NCBI GenBank assembly: GCA_964651815.1
Contig: CAZYWG010000011.1
Coordinates: 1,056 to 65,055 of the forward strand
DNA from: an uncultured Gammaproteobacteria bacterium
Lineage (GTDB): Bacteria > Patescibacteriota > Microgenomatia > Levybacterales > GWA1-39-11
Length of the DNA: 64,000 bases
Direction: 5' to 3'
Under the pieces are notes generated by a model. The model ran no database searches. It was not told the origin of the DNA and saw nothing but the letters and a program-made list of their open reading frames with translations. A program made the position numbers and the translations under genes. Positions 61,085 to 64,000 of this stretch are shown one piece after another. Each line of letters opens with the position of its first letter. The first letter of the stretch is position 1.

Positions 61085-61885
61085 CTATTCCTCTCTCACT
61101 TCTTCCCAAACATCATCCGTTAATTCATTTTCCAAAATTTTTTGCTGAGTAGCTAAGAAAAATGTTAAACCTTCCACATCATAACTTTCTTCTAGTCTTC
61201 TTTGTATGTACCTTTTAATGCGATTTAGTTTCTGTTGTGTAGGCAAAATTAAGCGAACAGTAAGGGTATTTTCAGGGAAATTAATAAATGGAGCAAACTC
61301 GTCTGAGATACTACGAAACTCAATATATTGATCAATTTTATAGCGCACAGCATACATTGGCACGTAGGGCTCGATAAGGTCAAGGAAGTATGTTTTGAGC
61401 TCATCTCTCCAAGTCTCAATATGTGCATCCGGTCTAATATTTTTTAATTCTTCCTCATACCACAATTCAGTACTTGTAGTGAAGAAGTGAGTTTCATCCT
61501 TTTTCAATTCTTGTGGCTTCCATTTTACATAAATCTCAGCAAGCGTAACACAATGATTTACAAATCTTTCTGATGCATGCTTGTCCTGATAAAATCTTTT
61601 GGCTTTTTTTGGTTCATCTTCATAGTAATTTGCTATTGTCCACCCAACACCCCGATTATCTAAAAAGTAAATTGCAGGTTTTGTATTTTCTAAAAGCTTA
61701 TGGGAGTAAATTCTTCCTAAGTATTTGTGCTCTATTAAATCTTTAAGCCATGCGTTAATTCTTCTTGCATCTTTATGTCCCATTAAATACTGTATCTGGC
61801 GTCTATTAATAAAACGGAACTTATATACTAATTCTAGGATATCCATTTGTCTCTCAGATGGAATATAGTTATCGGCATTTATCAT
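61085..61885 (-). CDS. Replication-relaxation-family-like protein (wHTH), typical of mobile elements.
   Basis: N-term ...SERQMDILELVYKFRFINRRQIQYLMGHKDARRINAWLKDLIEHKYLGRIY... resembles the replication-relaxation family pattern. Confidence 0.4.
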   Translation of the reverse strand: MINADNYIPSERQMDILELVYKFRFINRRQIQYLMGHKDARRINAWLKDLIEHKYLGRIYSHKLLENTKPAIYFLDNRGVGWTIANYYEDEPKKAKRFYQDKHASERFVNHCVTLAEIYVKWKPQELKKDETHFFTTSTELWYEEELKNIRPDAHIETWRDELKTYFLDLIEPYVPMYAVRYKIDQYIEFRSISDEFAPFINFPENTLTVRLILPTQQKLNRIKRYIQRRLEESYDVEGLTFFLATQQKILENELTDDVWEEVREE

Positions 61886-62326
61886 AAGTTTATATGGACA
61901 GATATTTTAGATAGTTTTTAGAATTTATTTAGAGCAGATTATGAAGGGCAGGATATTAGTTGAGCAGTTATTATTAGATTATTTATTGGAGCAGAAGTTA
62001 AGGTGAATTATACTACGTTTTTACATTTTTGCTAGATTTGTTTGTATCTCTTCTATACTATACATAGTATAGAGAAAGAACGGAAAGAGATTTTTCATTT
62101 TAGCTTCAAATACCGTAAAGTGCTAGGCATGGTCTATGTCCTAGAGGGTAGGACGTACAATTTACATCAAACGAGTGTATTGACAAATATATTTTTCAAG
62201 CTCTGAGCGGAACGGAAGGCTGCCCTTTTACACAATGCTTTGAAAAATTATTTCATGCCTAAGTTAGCCTCATCTAGTGCTTGACAAAGAGCTTTAAATA
62301 GTTATATACTGTCCATATATGGACAG

Positions 62327-62647
62327 GTGATAAGAAATGGTATGACAGACTTGAATAAGACTGATTTAGATAAGACTACACAAACTCCGCAGAATAATCC
62401 TCGTTTTGATCTGAGCTACTTTTCCCAACAAGACACCTCAAGTTCTCTTGATAAAATGTTTCCCGAACAAGAACATGAAACTAAAACTATCAAAAAAGCA
62501 AAGGAAATATTGGGAGATAAATATTCTACTGAAGATGTTAAAACAACAATAGCTTCATTCGAATATCTTATAAATGCTTGGCTTGGTGAATACGAGAAAA
62601 AGATTTTTGGCAAGAACACTTTGAAAGAATTGTTAAGGGAGTTATAA
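62327..62647 (+). CDS. Hypothetical protein.
   Basis: ORF immediately upstream of the recombinase gene (5-nt gap). Confidence 0.3.
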   Translation: MIRNGMTDLNKTDLDKTTQTPQNNPRFDLSYFSQQDTSSSLDKMFPEQEHETKTIKKAKEILGDKYSTEDVKTTIASFEYLINAWLGEYEKKIFGKNTLKELLREL

Positions 62648-62651
62648 GAAT

Positions 62652-64000
62652 ATGGAACTAGACTCTGTACAAAACAAAAAAGCTATCTTATACCTAAGAG
62701 TTTCAAGTGAAGAACAAGTTGAAAATTATTCCTTAGGAACTCAAGAAGAGATTTGTAAAAGAGAAGCCGTACGACGAGGCTTTGAGGTCACAGATATATA
62801 TAGAGAAGAAGGAAGATCGGCTAAAACTATCGTTGGAAGACCAGAGCTTATCAGACTATTAGATTTCTGTAGAAGAAACAGAAAGATGGTTGATGCCGTT
62901 TTTGTTTACCGACTTGATAGGATTTCCCGTCAAACTCAGGATTATTTAACCATTCGTAAGAAACTTTTCGACTATGGTATAGCTTTAATTTCAGCCAATG
63001 AACCAACAGGTAACTCACCTACGGAAAAGCTACTAGAAACAATTATCGCTAGCTTTGCACAGCATGATAATGACGTGAGAAGCGAGAGAACGAAAAATGG
63101 TTTACGTGCTAGATTTCTTGCAGGTTTACATACTGGTAAAGTTCCACTTGGTTACATAACACAAAATGGATATGCTCTAAAAGACGGAGAGAATTTTAAC
63201 AAAATGAAAAAGGCTTGGGATTTAATGCTAACAGGTACTAAAAGCTTGTCAGAGATGGCAAAGATAATGAATTCTTGGGGGCTTCGTAAAGTCGTTGCAG
63301 GTAAAGAATACTCTTTAAGAGCACAGACGACTGACAGGTTGTTTAGGTGTAAATTTTATACAGGTATTCTTGTCTCAAATAAATATCCGGATGAAGTAAA
63401 AGGACAACAAGAACCGATGATAACAGAAGAGCAGTATTATAAAGTTCAAGCAATTATTGATGGGAGGAATACATCCGGCATGACTGTAGGTAAAAGACTC
63501 AAAGATAACCCTGAATTTCCACTAAGAAGAACTATTAAATGTGGCAAGTGTCTTGGCCCACTATCCGGCGCTTGGAGTCGTGGGAGAACAAAAAAATATG
63601 CCTATTACATCTGTAAAAACCGATGTGGGGCAGCATCTATAAAAGTTCAGGTATTAGACGACTCATTAATTGATTATCTACATGAAATTACGCCCCCTAA
63701 AGAGAAGCTGGAACTATTCTTAATGCTTCTTAGAAAGAACTTCAATCAAAACGTTATGTTGCTAAATGGCAAAAGAGAAAAGGCAGCGCAGCAGATAGCC
63801 GAGCTAAAAGAACTTAGACAAGCTTTAGTATTAAAGAATTTAAAAGGAACGTATTCAGATGAGATGTTTCAAGAACAAGATAATATTATCAAAGGAAAAC
63901 TAGTACTCCTTGAGAGAATACTTGGGGGAACTATCTTTGATAAATACACAATAGATGATGTTGAGAAGTTTATGAAAGAGAAGTTTAAAGATTTGGGAAT
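62652..64000 (+). CDS. Large serine recombinase (resolvase/invertase catalytic domain plus recombinase and zinc-ribbon domains), 3'-partial at the window end.
   Basis: Translation from ATG 62652: MELDSVQNKKAILYLRVSSEEQVENYSLGTQEE...YRLDRISRQTQDYLT... (serine-recombinase catalytic motifs with nucleophile Ser in YLRVSS). Later CGKC...C...YYIC Zn-ribbon. No stop before position 64000. Confidence 0.8.
   Translation, partial: MELDSVQNKKAILYLRVSSEEQVENYSLGTQEEICKREAVRRGFEVTDIYREEGRSAKTIVGRPELIRLLDFCRRNRKMVDAVFVYRLDRISRQTQDYLTIRKKLFDYGIALISANEPTGNSPTEKLLETIIASFAQHDNDVRSERTKNGLRARFLAGLHTGKVPLGYITQNGYALKDGENFNKMKKAWDLMLTGTKSLSEMAKIMNSWGLRKVVAGKEYSLRAQTTDRLFRCKFYTGILVSNKYPDEVKGQQEPMITEEQYYKVQAIIDGRNTSGMTVGKRLKDNPEFPLRRTIKCGKCLGPLSGAWSRGRTKKYAYYICKNRCGAASIKVQVLDDSLIDYLHEITPPKEKLELFLMLLRKNFNQNVMLLNGKREKAAQQIAELKELRQALVLKNLKGTYSDEMFQEQDNIIKGKLVLLERILGGTIFDKYTIDDVEKFMKEKFKDLG

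Overview
This is low-GC (roughly one-third G+C), gene-dense bacterial DNA. Its gene content and compaction are consistent with an uncultivated, small-genome lineage (possibly CPR/Patescibacteria, by inference only). Most of the window is housekeeping: purine genes purC/purE/purK/purA, an SOS/NER set (uvrA, uvrB, a short uvrC, dinB, lexA), enolase, glmS, greA, secG, rsmI, dus, two tRNAs and sugar-metabolism genes. Three accessory regions stand out.

(1) 1.7-8.4 kb holds a convergent RiPP-type cluster: an ABC exporter, an HPr-kinase-like P-loop protein, a PqqD-family RRE, a fusion of an S26/S24-type peptidase with a nucleotidyltransferase, a 91-aa precursor whose 50-aa core carries 11 Cys plus many Ser/Gly, a SagB-type dehydrogenase and a YcaO cyclodehydratase. 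This is a TOMM/LAP-like azol(in)e peptide system with an unusual tailoring set.

(2) 52.0-54.6 kb holds a complete diversity-generating retroelement (DGR). It has a reverse transcriptase, a ~131-bp template repeat, and a variable repeat at the 3' end of a target gene. All 17 mismatches fall at template adenines. A (GA)18 microsatellite sits inside the RT coding sequence. An IS1595-family insertion lies 40 bp upstream of the target gene.

(3) 58.9-64 kb is the edge of an integrated element: an XRE regulator, a higher-GC island, a replication-relaxation-like protein and a large serine recombinase that runs off the window end.

Other observations: tandem paralogous membrane-anchored proteins with duplicated 3' flanks and poly-G tracts, a 20-bp perfect palindrome, and several higher-GC single-gene islands.
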